The notes under the pieces were generated by a model. It did no database searches. It was not told the origin of the DNA and worked only from the letters and a program-made list of their open reading frames with translations. The position numbers were made by a program, and so were the translations under genes. Of a DNA stretch of 32,000 bases, positions 1-8,047 are shown in pieces. Positions within the stretch are counted from its first letter, which is position 1. Each line of letters starts with the position of its first letter. Source of the stretch: Candidatus Saccharibacteria bacterium oral taxon 488. GTDB lineage: Bacteria > Patescibacteriota > Saccharimonadia > Saccharimonadales > Saccharimonadaceae. The stretch is from NCBI GenBank assembly GCA_010202845.1, contig CP047921.1, positions 150,001 to 182,000 on the forward strand, in the 5' to 3' direction.

Positions 1-85
1 AGAAAGACTATCTGTTTGATAGGCGCAAGGTGGAAGTGCAGCAATGCATGGAGCTAAAGCGTACTAATAGTCCCATTGCCTTTTT
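1..85 (+). rRNA. rrl: 23S rRNA, 3'-terminal fragment (window starts inside the gene)
   Basis: Positions 1-85 align by eye to the conserved 3' terminus of bacterial 23S rRNA (..GATAGGC..GCAGCAATGC..GAGCTAA..GTACTAATAG..). The 3' end is approximate. Confidence 0.8.
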
Positions 86-273
86 ATGTCCTTGTCTGCT
101 AGCGTTTATGCTTGCATAACGCTCGCGGATAAGGTAGGCTTAACTAGTAATTGGTGCTTTTCAGTAAGTGCCAGTCAATTAACAATTCAATTCCGTGCAG
201 AAAACTGGACATCGAAGAAAGGGGTTTGGCCCACCACGCGAGTATATGTGGAACCAAGCGCTTTAAACCCCCT

Positions 274-384
274 CCTTCGGTGCCCATGGCGAGGAGGAAA
301 CACCTGTTCTCATCCCGAACACAGAAGTTAAGCTCCCCAGCGGCGATTATACTGCGAAAGTGGGAAACTAGCACGGTGCCGAAT
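274..384 (+). rRNA. rrf: 5S rRNA
   Basis: Matches the bacterial 5S consensus (GGCGAGGAGGAAACACCTGTTCTCATCCCGAACACAGAAGTTAAGCTC). 5' TTCGGTGCC pairs with 3' GGTGCCGAA to form helix I. A terminator follows. Ends are accurate to about 3 nt. Confidence 0.9.
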
Positions 385-392
385 TATAAAAA

Positions 393-418
393 AGACTTCC
401 GAATAGGGAGTCTTTTTT
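393..418 (+). terminator. Rho-independent terminator after the rRNA operon
   Basis: Stem AGACTTCC (393-400) / GGGAGTCT (406-413), loop GAATA, followed by T-run 414-418. Confidence 0.8.
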
Positions 419-454
419 CGTTTTTGCCGGAGGTGCTTGCGAGTAGCATAAGTA

Positions 455-463
455 TGATATAAT
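455..463 (+). promoter_or_regulatory. Extended -10 promoter element (TGaTATAAT) for the 473 gene
   Basis: TG at 455-456 and TATAAT at 458-463, only 9 nt before the ATG at 473. The -35 is poor. Confidence 0.45.
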
Positions 464-472
464 GATGGGGAA

Positions 473-2365
473 ATGGATAAAAAACAAACAGAACAGCCAG
501 AGTCCCTTAGGCCGGAGCGTGGGGGGTTTGTGGCGATGTGCGCGTCTTGGTTAAGGCGGCCAAAATCGTGGGTTATTATTGGTGGCGGTATCGTTGCGTT
601 GACGGTGATAGTAGTTGGAGTGCTATTTGTTATCACAACGCGCGGTAACGTCGGCGCTGAGCGCGTGTCCGACGAGGATTTGCAGGCGATTGACCGGCCG
701 ATCCGCTTGAAGTTTAATCAACAGCTTGGCGAGGTGAGGCCAGAGATTAAGCCGGAAGTGCGCGGCGTGTGGCGCGAAAAGCGACAGTTGTTTGGCGTTT
801 TTGAGATGGAGTTTACGCCCGACCAGCCACTGGCAGCTGATACAAATTACACCGTGGCGTTCCCGGGAGCGAGACGTTCGCTGTTTGGTAATGCGACAAT
901 CCATGATGTATCGTTCAAGACGCAAAAAGCACCACGAGTGGATACGACATCACTGGACGGCAAAGAAGTGATCGCAATGGACCAGGCGTTGACGGTGCGT
1001 TTGGGGTCGCGGGCGAGTAAATTGCGCGATCTAGAATTGACGACCGAGCCAGCGCTTGAGCTGAAGCGTGAGTCGTCTGATGATCAAACATTTTCATGGA
1101 AATATGCTGGCCTATTAGCACCTGATACACAGTATACTTTCAAATTATACGATAAAGCCCAGAAGGAAGAGCTAAAACGTTTTACGGTGAAGAGTGCGTC
1201 ACTACCGGCGATTGGGTCACCGATTAAAGAGCATTCAGTGACGCCATCAGACGAATTGAAGTTGACATTTCAGGAAGCAATTGATGCGAAGAATCGGCCA
1301 AATATAGCGGTTGACACGGCTGGTAATGGTTCGTGGCGGAGCGATACCGAGTACGTATTCAAGGCAGATAAATTGGAGCCGGGCAAGACATACACATACA
1401 CCATTCCGAAAGGCCTACGGACAGCTCGTGGAGGTGTTCTCGTCGAGGAAGTAAAAAAGACATTTACCACTAATGGGCATGTGCGTGGTGTGGGGGCGTC
1501 CCCGTGGCGAACCACGGTTGATCAAGCGGTGCAGGATGTATGGATAACCTTTGATCAGGCAGTTGACCACAAGAGCGCCCAGGATCGCCTTAGGGTTTCA
1601 TCTGGTACAGTTCAGAGTATTTCCTGGCGTGGTAATACGATGGTTGCTCGGGTGGTCAATATGGGCTTTCAGCGGCAAGTCCAGGTTTGGGTAGAGCCAG
1701 GCGTGCAGCCAGTATTTGGACTGCCGAGTGTAGAGCGAATTGCGACATCGTTCACAACTAATTCACGGGTCGTCAAACTCAATAACGTACCATTCTATCG
1801 TCAGGCGTACGCCCAAAGCTGCGAAGCGGCCTCGCTGCGTATGGCCTTGGCATATCGTGGTGTACATGATAATGATTGGAACATTTTGCAGCGTTTCGGG
1901 TACCGTCCACGACCACGAGACAAGGCGACAAATGAGTGGGACGATCCGAATGCGCAGTTTGTGGGCGACGTAAACGGCAACCAAGGTGCGGGAACGGGCT
2001 GGGGTGTATATGCTGGTCCGGTGGCACGGGCGGCTGGGCAGTATGGTCGCAGGACGTCAGTGGCATATGGTGCCAATGCGAATTTCGTAGCACAGCAAAT
2101 TCATAACGGTAATCCAGTCATTGCGTGGGGCGTATGGCGGATTGGTGCAAAAATTGATAGTTGGAGGACGCCGTCAGGTCGGATAGTCAGTGGGCCAATA
2201 CCGATGCATGTACGCCTCATTGTTGGGGTTCGCGGTGAGCCGCACGATCCGCTCGGGTTCTATGTTAATGACCCGATTGCGGGACGACTCTATTGGACGA
2301 GAGCGCAGTTTGTGGCGATGACAGCTGGTGCTGGACCGGCGGCGCAGCTGTTGGCGGTGCATTAA
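473..2365 (+). CDS. Membrane-anchored protein with Ig-like repeats and a C-terminal peptidase-C39-like (papain-fold) domain
   Basis: N-terminal TM helix (WVIIGGGIVALTVIVVGVLFVI). Repeated beta-rich segments end in ..TNYTVAF, ..TQYTFKLY and ..KTYTYTIP. The C-terminus has a C39_2-like signature: YRQAYAQSCEAASLRMALAYRG ... PMHVRLIVGV ... VNDP (Q/C/H/D). Confidence 0.75.
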   Translation: MDKKQTEQPESLRPERGGFVAMCASWLRRPKSWVIIGGGIVALTVIVVGVLFVITTRGNVGAERVSDEDLQAIDRPIRLKFNQQLGEVRPEIKPEVRGVWREKRQLFGVFEMEFTPDQPLAADTNYTVAFPGARRSLFGNATIHDVSFKTQKAPRVDTTSLDGKEVIAMDQALTVRLGSRASKLRDLELTTEPALELKRESSDDQTFSWKYAGLLAPDTQYTFKLYDKAQKEELKRFTVKSASLPAIGSPIKEHSVTPSDELKLTFQEAIDAKNRPNIAVDTAGNGSWRSDTEYVFKADKLEPGKTYTYTIPKGLRTARGGVLVEEVKKTFTTNGHVRGVGASPWRTTVDQAVQDVWITFDQAVDHKSAQDRLRVSSGTVQSISWRGNTMVARVVNMGFQRQVQVWVEPGVQPVFGLPSVERIATSFTTNSRVVKLNNVPFYRQAYAQSCEAASLRMALAYRGVHDNDWNILQRFGYRPRPRDKATNEWDDPNAQFVGDVNGNQGAGTGWGVYAGPVARAAGQYGRRTSVAYGANANFVAQQIHNGNPVIAWGVWRIGAKIDSWRTPSGRIVSGPIPMHVRLIVGVRGEPHDPLGFYVNDPIAGRLYWTRAQFVAMTAGAGPAAQLLAVH

Positions 2366-2391
2366 TCGGTACTGAAGTGAGGACGGTATAG

Positions 2392-2595
2392 TCAGGGGCC
2401 CCGCGTCTTTGTTATTGAGCTAGCTCTATAGACGCGGGCTTTGTAGTCGGAAAGTTGAAGGTGGGTATACGTATTTTTCTTGTCGTCGAGGTAATTTTCG
2501 ATGTAGACAAGTTTAGCTATTGGCGAAATTCCTTTCACAATCAAAAACCACCCATCTCGCAGAAAGGGTGGTTTTTGAGTGGTGGAACTCATCAT
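2392..2595 (-). CDS. Hypothetical 67-aa ORF (doubtful; interrupted by a strong hairpin terminator)
   Basis: GGAG SD 7 nt before tandem ATG ATG and a good upstream promoter. However, a strong bidirectional terminator (2543-2576) lies inside the ORF, so full-length expression is doubtful. Confidence 0.25.
   Translation of the reverse strand: MMSSTTQKPPFLRDGWFLIVKGISPIAKLVYIENYLDDKKNTYTHLQLSDYKARVYRASSITKTRGP
2543..2576. terminator. Bidirectional rho-independent terminator
   Basis: AAAAACCACCC (2543-2553) / GGGTGGTTTTT (2566-2576), a perfect 11-bp stem with A/T flanks on both sides and a 12-nt loop. Confidence 0.75.
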
Positions 2596-2636
2596 TTCTA
2601 AGCTCCAACAGGTGCCGTCACAAAGTGACAGGTTCT

Positions 2637-2665
2637 ATTATAGCGAAGTAAATCGCTGATTGCAA
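2637..2665 (-). promoter_or_regulatory. Sigma70-like promoter on the minus strand
   Basis: Read on the minus strand: TTGCAA (2665-2660), 17 nt, TATAAT (2642-2637). Confidence 0.6.
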
Positions 2666-2700
2666 TATTTTATTCACAATAAAAATAGCTTATGTAAATG

Positions 2701-2729
2701 TTGACAAAGTATGAGCAGTATGATAATAT
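2701..2729 (+). promoter_or_regulatory. Sigma70-like promoter of the KGG stress-protein gene
   Basis: TTGACA (2701-2706), 17 nt, TAATAT (2724-2729). Confidence 0.65.
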
Positions 2730-2822
2730 GCATACATAACACATATCATGTGTGATATATAAAGGCGAGGGTTTCCATAGTAAATGATGTGGAAATCTTT
2801 TTAATTAGGGAGGAAAACTCAC

Positions 2823-3098
2823 ATGGCAGGTACAAAAATTGGCGGTATGAAAGCGGCAGCGAAAAACTTAGCGCGTGACCCAGACTTTTATGCCAAGATC
2901 GGCGCGAAGGGCGGTCGGAACGGACGGACCGGTGGCTTTGCGGCAAACCCAGCTCTGGCGCGGATCGCTGGTGCTAAAGGTGGTCGCATTTCTCGTCGGC
3001 GTAAGGTAACGACGACGGCCACGACAACCGTCAATCCAGTAACGACGGCATCAACCGTACAGGCAACGACTCAAGACGACGTGACACTGGCCGCGTAG
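2823..3098 (+). CDS. KGG-repeat general stress protein (YciG/GsiB-like)
   Basis: Two KGG-type repeats (DPDFYAKIGAKGGRNG and NPALARIAGAKGGRIS), a Thr-rich tail and a strong SD AGGGAGG. Confidence 0.75.
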   Translation: MAGTKIGGMKAAAKNLARDPDFYAKIGAKGGRNGRTGGFAANPALARIAGAKGGRISRRRKVTTTATTTVNPVTTASTVQATTQDDVTLAA

Positions 3099-3120
3099 CC
3101 GAGTTGCTTAAAATGCGCGG

Positions 3121-3147
3121 TAGCCCTCTTTTCGTAGAGGGCTATTT
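3121..3147. terminator. Hairpin terminator between convergent genes
   Basis: TAGCCCTCT (3121-3129) / AGAGGGCTA (3136-3144), then TTT. It overlaps the stop codon of the minus-strand gene. Confidence 0.6.
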
Positions 3148-3651
3148 GCGGTAGCGGCGGAGTTCGCAGGATCGAGCTTCGTTGACGCGCCAGTTGCTAG
3201 CGCAGTGGAGGCAGCGATAGTGGTGCTTGGCGATTTCTATACCGACAGCGCTACATGTCGGGCACGTGCTGCGGGCGTGTAGCCACTTGCGGTAGCTATC
3301 AAGCGCATCCTGAACGACGTCGTCATTCATAGTTAGAGTAATGTTATAGCGCGGGGCTAACTGATGGACAGCTAGCTCCCAGGCTTGGCGTTCCATGGCG
3401 ATTAGGTCGATGTCACGAGTATAGTGATGATGGTCTAGGATGGCGTGGGCAGTTTCGTGGAGCAGCTGGGCGGTAGCAGCTGGTGACGCCTCGTTGATAT
3501 AAGTGATAGTCCGTGAATGGTGTGACCACGAAAAAACATCGCCAGCTCGGAACTGATACTCTGGGTAATCGCTGGCCAGCTGCTTAACGATGGACGATAG
3601 CGTTATCGTAGCAACCATAGAGTACAGACTCCTCGGGGTGTGCTGCACCAA
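3142..3651 (-). CDS. ImmA/IrrE-like zinc metallopeptidase with a C-terminal zinc ribbon
   Basis: HExxH motif (LLHETAHAILDHHHY) in a DUF955-like context. C-terminal CPTC...CLHC zinc ribbon. An alternative start at 3618 (MVATITL) would shorten the overlap with the upstream ROK gene. Confidence 0.65.
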   Translation of the reverse strand: MVQHTPRSLYSMVATITLSSIVKQLASDYPEYQFRAGDVFSWSHHSRTITYINEASPAATAQLLHETAHAILDHHHYTRDIDLIAMERQAWELAVHQLAPRYNITLTMNDDVVQDALDSYRKWLHARSTCPTCSAVGIEIAKHHYRCLHCASNWRVNEARSCELRRYRK

Positions 3652-4387
3652 CGATGTGCGGGCAGGTGATAAATGACGGTAGTTTCTCGGTGATAAGTCC
3701 GGCTAGTGATGCAGAGAATTTGTCGGTGTAGCGGCCGACACCGCCGCCGATAACGATAACGTTTGGCTGAATAGCAGCGATCAACGCCTGCAGTCCTAAG
3801 CTGAGTCTCTTGGCAGCCTCAAACCAAGCTTCGGGCGGTGTTGCGTCCGATAATTCACCAAACTGTTGACTGAGCGCTCGTCCGGAAGCGAGGTTTTCCC
3901 ACGAATCGATGGTTGACTGATACGCAACTTGCATATGACCGGCTTCGCTGCTGCGTAGGCTGGGGTGGAGTGTGCCGTTGAGGATAATGCTGGTGCCGAT
4001 GCCTGTACCGATAGTGACATAGAGGCCGCAGGCTGGTTGTGGTTCAAGGCGACGTATGCTGGCGAGGCCGGCGAGGTTGGCGTCATTTTCGAGGATGATT
4101 TGGGCGTCGGGAAAGTGCTCGGCTAGGAGGTCGCGGATGGGCACCTCGCACCAGCCGAGGTTAATGCAATATGTAGCGACACCGTCAGTGACGGTACCGG
4201 GTAGGCCGATCGAGATGTCTGTAACAGGTGCGCCCTCGGCGATCACGGTGATAGTGTCAACGACCTGTTTGATATACGCCGTAATGTCTGTTGGGGTGGC
4301 AAACCGAGTTGTTGTCTCTAGTGTGCCGTTATCGGTAAATCGTCCGACTAATGTTTTTGTGCCTCCAGTATCAATCGCAATAATCAT
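3584..4387 (-). CDS. ROK-family sugar kinase (glucokinase-like)
   Basis: IAIDTGGTK phosphate-1 motif, ENDANLAG, TIGTGIG and SEAGHM motifs typical of ROK kinases. The usual CxCGxxGC zinc motif after GH is absent. Confidence 0.8.
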   Translation of the reverse strand: MIIAIDTGGTKTLVGRFTDNGTLETTTRFATPTDITAYIKQVVDTITVIAEGAPVTDISIGLPGTVTDGVATYCINLGWCEVPIRDLLAEHFPDAQIILENDANLAGLASIRRLEPQPACGLYVTIGTGIGTSIILNGTLHPSLRSSEAGHMQVAYQSTIDSWENLASGRALSQQFGELSDATPPEAWFEAAKRLSLGLQALIAAIQPNVIVIGGGVGRYTDKFSASLAGLITEKLPSFITCPHIVGAAHPEESVLYGCYDNAIVHR

Positions 4388-4463
4388 GAGGCTAGTATAC
4401 CCCTTTACGAGAGCGGTGACAATATGGTACAGTAAGTATTAGTAACGTCAGGGAGATAATAGT

Positions 4464-4907
4464 ATGAAGCAGAACCGCCAGCGAGGATATGTTGTAATCT
4501 ACGTGATTGTAGGGGTTATTTTGGCGGCGATCGCTTTGGCAACGTTATACGGGTTGCGACAATTATCAGCACAGAATCAGGCCGCCTCATCGACGGAAAA
4601 TGCTGCGACGAGTGAGCAGCAAAAAGAGACGAACAACACGAAAACTGACGATAAATCGGCCGACAAAAAGAAGAACGAGAAGAGCGATGAGAAAAAAGAC
4701 ACTTCTTCAGCTGAGTCAAACAAGTCCGCGCAGCAGCAGCCTCAACAACACGCGCAGAATCAACCAACGCCGCCAGCTCAAAACAATAGCCGTGGGTCAT
4801 CCCGCTTACCAGCAACTGGGCCGGCTGACTCGTTGGCAGTTGGCTTCGTGTTGGGGCTGATTGTGGCCGCGGGCTTTGCTTATCGCCGGTCAATGTTGGT
4901 AGTTTAG
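4464..4907 (+). CDS. Small low-complexity surface protein with an LPXTG sortase sorting signal
   Basis: N-terminal hydrophobic signal/anchor, a K/E/Q/S-rich body, and a C-terminal LPATG + hydrophobic stretch + YRRS tail. SD GGGAG. Confidence 0.75.
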   Translation: MKQNRQRGYVVIYVIVGVILAAIALATLYGLRQLSAQNQAASSTENAATSEQQKETNNTKTDDKSADKKKNEKSDEKKDTSSAESNKSAQQQPQQHAQNQPTPPAQNNSRGSSRLPATGPADSLAVGFVLGLIVAAGFAYRRSMLVV

Positions 4908-5029
4908 CTTCCTTCTCTTTACTCGAGGCGTTATCTACGATATAATAAAGCGAGACCTCCAAGAGGTGACTGTTTTGGCAGGCCGCTTGGATAAGAATAT
5001 TAACGTAATACGGGAGTCTATTTGGACGT

Positions 5030-6100
5030 ATGGCGAATCCATTGACCATGGACGATCTGCTTGCTCAGGCGAGCGACTCCGTGAAACAACTGACCACGGG
5101 CGAGGTTGTACACGGAACTATTTTATCAATAAAGAAACACGAAGTTCTGATTGATCTAGGGCCTTTGGGCGTTGGCTTGGTGCCGCGCCGTGAGGTGAGT
5201 ATGTCGAACAATTACGCAGAAGGTGACGAGGTAACTGCGAGTGTTGTCGAGGTTGAGCTGGACAACGGTTATTCACTTTTGAGCATGCGTAAAGCGGCGC
5301 GCGATCGTGGCTGGGACGAGGTCGCCGCCAAATTGGAGAGCGGTGAAATTGTAACGGTGACGCCGTACGACGCCAATCGTGGTGGTCTGTTGGCTGAATA
5401 TGAAGGGGTGCGCGGTTTCTTACCGGTATCGCAGCTATCGGCTGAGCATTACCCGCGAGTTGGTTCAAGTGACAAGGACGAGATCTTGCAGCGGCTTAAC
5501 GTGCTGGTCAACAAAGAGATTCGCGTTCGGATTTTGGATGCTGATCGCAAGGCGAACAAGCTCATCTTTTCCGAAAAAGAGGCCATCAAAGAGGGCCTGG
5601 CGGAGCGGTTTGAGAAATTGTCGGTTGGTGATACCGTTAAGGGTATCGTGACTGGCGTGGTAGATTTTGGTGTATTCGTGAACGTTGAGGGAATTGAGGG
5701 ACTGATTCATATCTCAGAAATTAGCTGGGAGCGGGTCAACAATCCGAGCGATTACGTCAAGGTTGGTCAGACCGTAGAGGCAAAGATTATCGCCATCGAC
5801 AAGGAGCGCCTCAGCTTAAGCATGAAGCAGCTAACGAAAGACCCATGGCTCGATGAGGTAGAACAGTTCAAGTCAGGCGAGGACGTCGAAGGTACGGTCA
5901 CGCGGATCACGCCGTTTGGTGCGTTTGTACAGTTGAGTCCGGCCGTCGAGGCTCTCGTTCATGTTTCGGAGCTAGGTGGCGATGGGACTGACCCGGAGAA
6001 AGTCTTTACATTAAATGAGCGCAAGACCTTTACCGTGCTCGAAATTGATAAAGATAATCGCAAGATTTCACTGTCGCTGGCTGGCGGCAAGAAAAAATAG
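5030..6100 (+). CDS. rpsA: 30S ribosomal protein S1 (short, four S1 domains)
   Basis: Four tandem S1/OB repeats (GEVVHGTI.., GEIVTVTP.., GDTVKGIV..GVFVNV..GLIHISE, GEDVEGTV..GAFVQL..ALVHVSE). Confidence 0.9.
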   Translation: MANPLTMDDLLAQASDSVKQLTTGEVVHGTILSIKKHEVLIDLGPLGVGLVPRREVSMSNNYAEGDEVTASVVEVELDNGYSLLSMRKAARDRGWDEVAAKLESGEIVTVTPYDANRGGLLAEYEGVRGFLPVSQLSAEHYPRVGSSDKDEILQRLNVLVNKEIRVRILDADRKANKLIFSEKEAIKEGLAERFEKLSVGDTVKGIVTGVVDFGVFVNVEGIEGLIHISEISWERVNNPSDYVKVGQTVEAKIIAIDKERLSLSMKQLTKDPWLDEVEQFKSGEDVEGTVTRITPFGAFVQLSPAVEALVHVSELGGDGTDPEKVFTLNERKTFTVLEIDKDNRKISLSLAGGKKK

Positions 6101-6169
6101 CCTATAGAAAAAGAGTAATGTAAACAGTTCGCCGAGGTGTCACGCTGGCGATGAAAGGAGCACGAGCAG

Positions 6170-7933
6170 ATGACAGAAAAGATTGTCGCAATTGCAGATT
6201 CAGTAACCGTCGGAGAGCTCGCTACCACCTTGAATCTACCGGTCACGACGCTCATTGGCGAGCTGTTTAAGAATGGTATCGCGGCGACGATTAATCAGCG
6301 ACTGGACTTTGAGACGGCGTCGATCATCGTTGAAGAGCTGGGCCTTGAGGTAACGCTTAAGAAAAAGGAAGCTGTTGGCCGCGCCCGCGTGGAACATACA
6401 CTGTCGGAAAGGGCGGTGCCGCGCCCACCGATTGTGGCGGTGATGGGACATGTTGATCACGGCAAGACGAGCTTGTTGGATGCGATTTTGGGTAACAAGA
6501 CTGCTGCGGGCGAAGCCGGTGGCATTACGCAGCACATTAGCGCCTACCAAACGAAGCGCAACGGGCGGATGATTACGCTGCTTGACACACCAGGGCATGA
6601 GGCATTTGCAGCGCTGCGGCAACACGGCGCGGTGCTAACTGATGTGGTAATTATTGTGGTAGCGGCCGACGATGGCGTCAAGCCGCAGACGGTCGAGGCG
6701 ATTCGGTTTGCCCGTTCGGCTAATGCGAAAATCGTGGTGGCGATCAATAAAATTGACAAAGATACCGCCAACCCACAGCTGGTAAAAACACAGCTGGCAT
6801 CTGAGCATGGCCTCAATCCCGAGGAGTGGGGCGGCGATACGGTGATGGTGGAAGTTAGCGCTAAAACTGGCCAGAATTTGGATAAGTTGCTGGATATGGT
6901 GCTACTGGTGGCAGATATGGAAGATTTGCGGGCGGATGAGGATGTGCCGGCAGAAGGCTTGGTGATTGAGGCGCATATGGAAACCGGGCGCGGCGCAGTG
7001 GTTGGGCTACTCGTCGAGCACGGTCAGCTGAAACCAGCGCATTATCTGGTGGCCGGCACGGCGTACGGTCGAGTACGGACAATGTCGGACTTTCGTGGTC
7101 AGACAATGAAAATGGCCGGCCCGAGCACACCGGTTAACGTAACTGGATTTAAGGAGCTGCCGCAGTTTGGTGATAGCTTTCGGTTGGCCAAAAACGAGAA
7201 AGAAGCACGGCATCTGGCGCAGGCGGTGCGCCTAGAGCAGGAAAAGATGGCGGCCAGCACCAATGTCACCAGCTCAGATATTTTGAAGATGATGAGTCAG
7301 CAGCATGACGCGGAGTCGTTCAATGTTCTCGTCAAGGCTGATGTTCAGGGGTCGCTCACATCGGTGATTGATAGTCTGAAATTGATTGATACGGGCGGCT
7401 TGGTAGATCTGCACGTCATCGGTAGCGGGGTTGGTAACATTTCAGAAAATGATATTCATCTGGCAGTTGGCGAGAACACGGTTATTTATGGTTTTAATGT
7501 CGATCTGCCGCCAGCAGTAAAGCGCCTGGCAGCACGTGAGCACGTTGAGGTGCGACTATACCGGGTGATTTATGAACTACTTGATAATGCCAAGCAATCC
7601 ATGGAGGCATTACTGGCCCCAGAGGTCGTCGAGACCGAGGTCGGCCAACTGAGCGTTAAGGGTGTGTTCCGAACGGTGCGCGAAGAGGTGATTGCCGGTG
7701 GTGAGGTGACAACGGGTAAGGTCTATAAGGGGCTACTGGCACGCCTAAAGCGTGGTGATGAATACATTGCCGAGGTCGAAGTATCATCCGTCCAGCGTCA
7801 ACATCAGGAAGCCAAAGAGGTGTTTGAGGGTGAAATGTGTGGACTTAGTCTCAAAACTACGCGAAAAGTTGTTGTCGAGGAAGGTGACACGCTGGAGTTC
7901 TTTACACGGGAGCTGGTGAAGAAGACGTTGTAG
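6170..7933 (+). CDS. infB: Translation initiation factor IF-2 (short form)
   Basis: GTPase motifs GHVDHGKTS, DTPGH and NKID, and a conserved C-terminal IF-2 domain. SD AAAGGAG. Confidence 0.95.
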   Translation: MTEKIVAIADSVTVGELATTLNLPVTTLIGELFKNGIAATINQRLDFETASIIVEELGLEVTLKKKEAVGRARVEHTLSERAVPRPPIVAVMGHVDHGKTSLLDAILGNKTAAGEAGGITQHISAYQTKRNGRMITLLDTPGHEAFAALRQHGAVLTDVVIIVVAADDGVKPQTVEAIRFARSANAKIVVAINKIDKDTANPQLVKTQLASEHGLNPEEWGGDTVMVEVSAKTGQNLDKLLDMVLLVADMEDLRADEDVPAEGLVIEAHMETGRGAVVGLLVEHGQLKPAHYLVAGTAYGRVRTMSDFRGQTMKMAGPSTPVNVTGFKELPQFGDSFRLAKNEKEARHLAQAVRLEQEKMAASTNVTSSDILKMMSQQHDAESFNVLVKADVQGSLTSVIDSLKLIDTGGLVDLHVIGSGVGNISENDIHLAVGENTVIYGFNVDLPPAVKRLAAREHVEVRLYRVIYELLDNAKQSMEALLAPEVVETEVGQLSVKGVFRTVREEVIAGGEVTTGKVYKGLLARLKRGDEYIAEVEVSSVQRQHQEAKEVFEGEMCGLSLKTTRKVVVEEGDTLEFFTRELVKKTL

Positions 7934-7974
7934 GACAATATCTATCATATTTCTGTCCGACGGGTAGCAACCTA

Positions 7975-8003
7975 TTGACTTTCCCCCCTAAATCTGCTAC
8001 CAT
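7975..8003 (+). promoter_or_regulatory. Putative promoter of the first large repeat-headed gene
   Basis: TTGACT (7975-7980), 17 nt, TACCAT (7998-8003). Confidence 0.45.
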
Positions 8004-8047
8004 TCAAAACATAAGCTAGTCGGTAGCAAAAATGCCGACCGTCGTAT

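Noticed and set aside
86-636. ORFs overlapping the 23S-5S spacer, the 5S rRNA and its terminator (86..331, 144..374, 151..462, 328..636)
   Set aside because: They overlap rRNA and spacer sequence. The ~190-nt spacer has only short processing-type hairpins, and no tRNA was seen in it.
4516-5049. 177-aa minus-strand ORF and 86-aa plus-strand alternative-frame ORF over the LPXTG gene
   Set aside because: The plus-strand frame starting at 4464 has an SD, signal-like N-terminus and a complete LPATG sorting signal. The others are low-complexity shadows.
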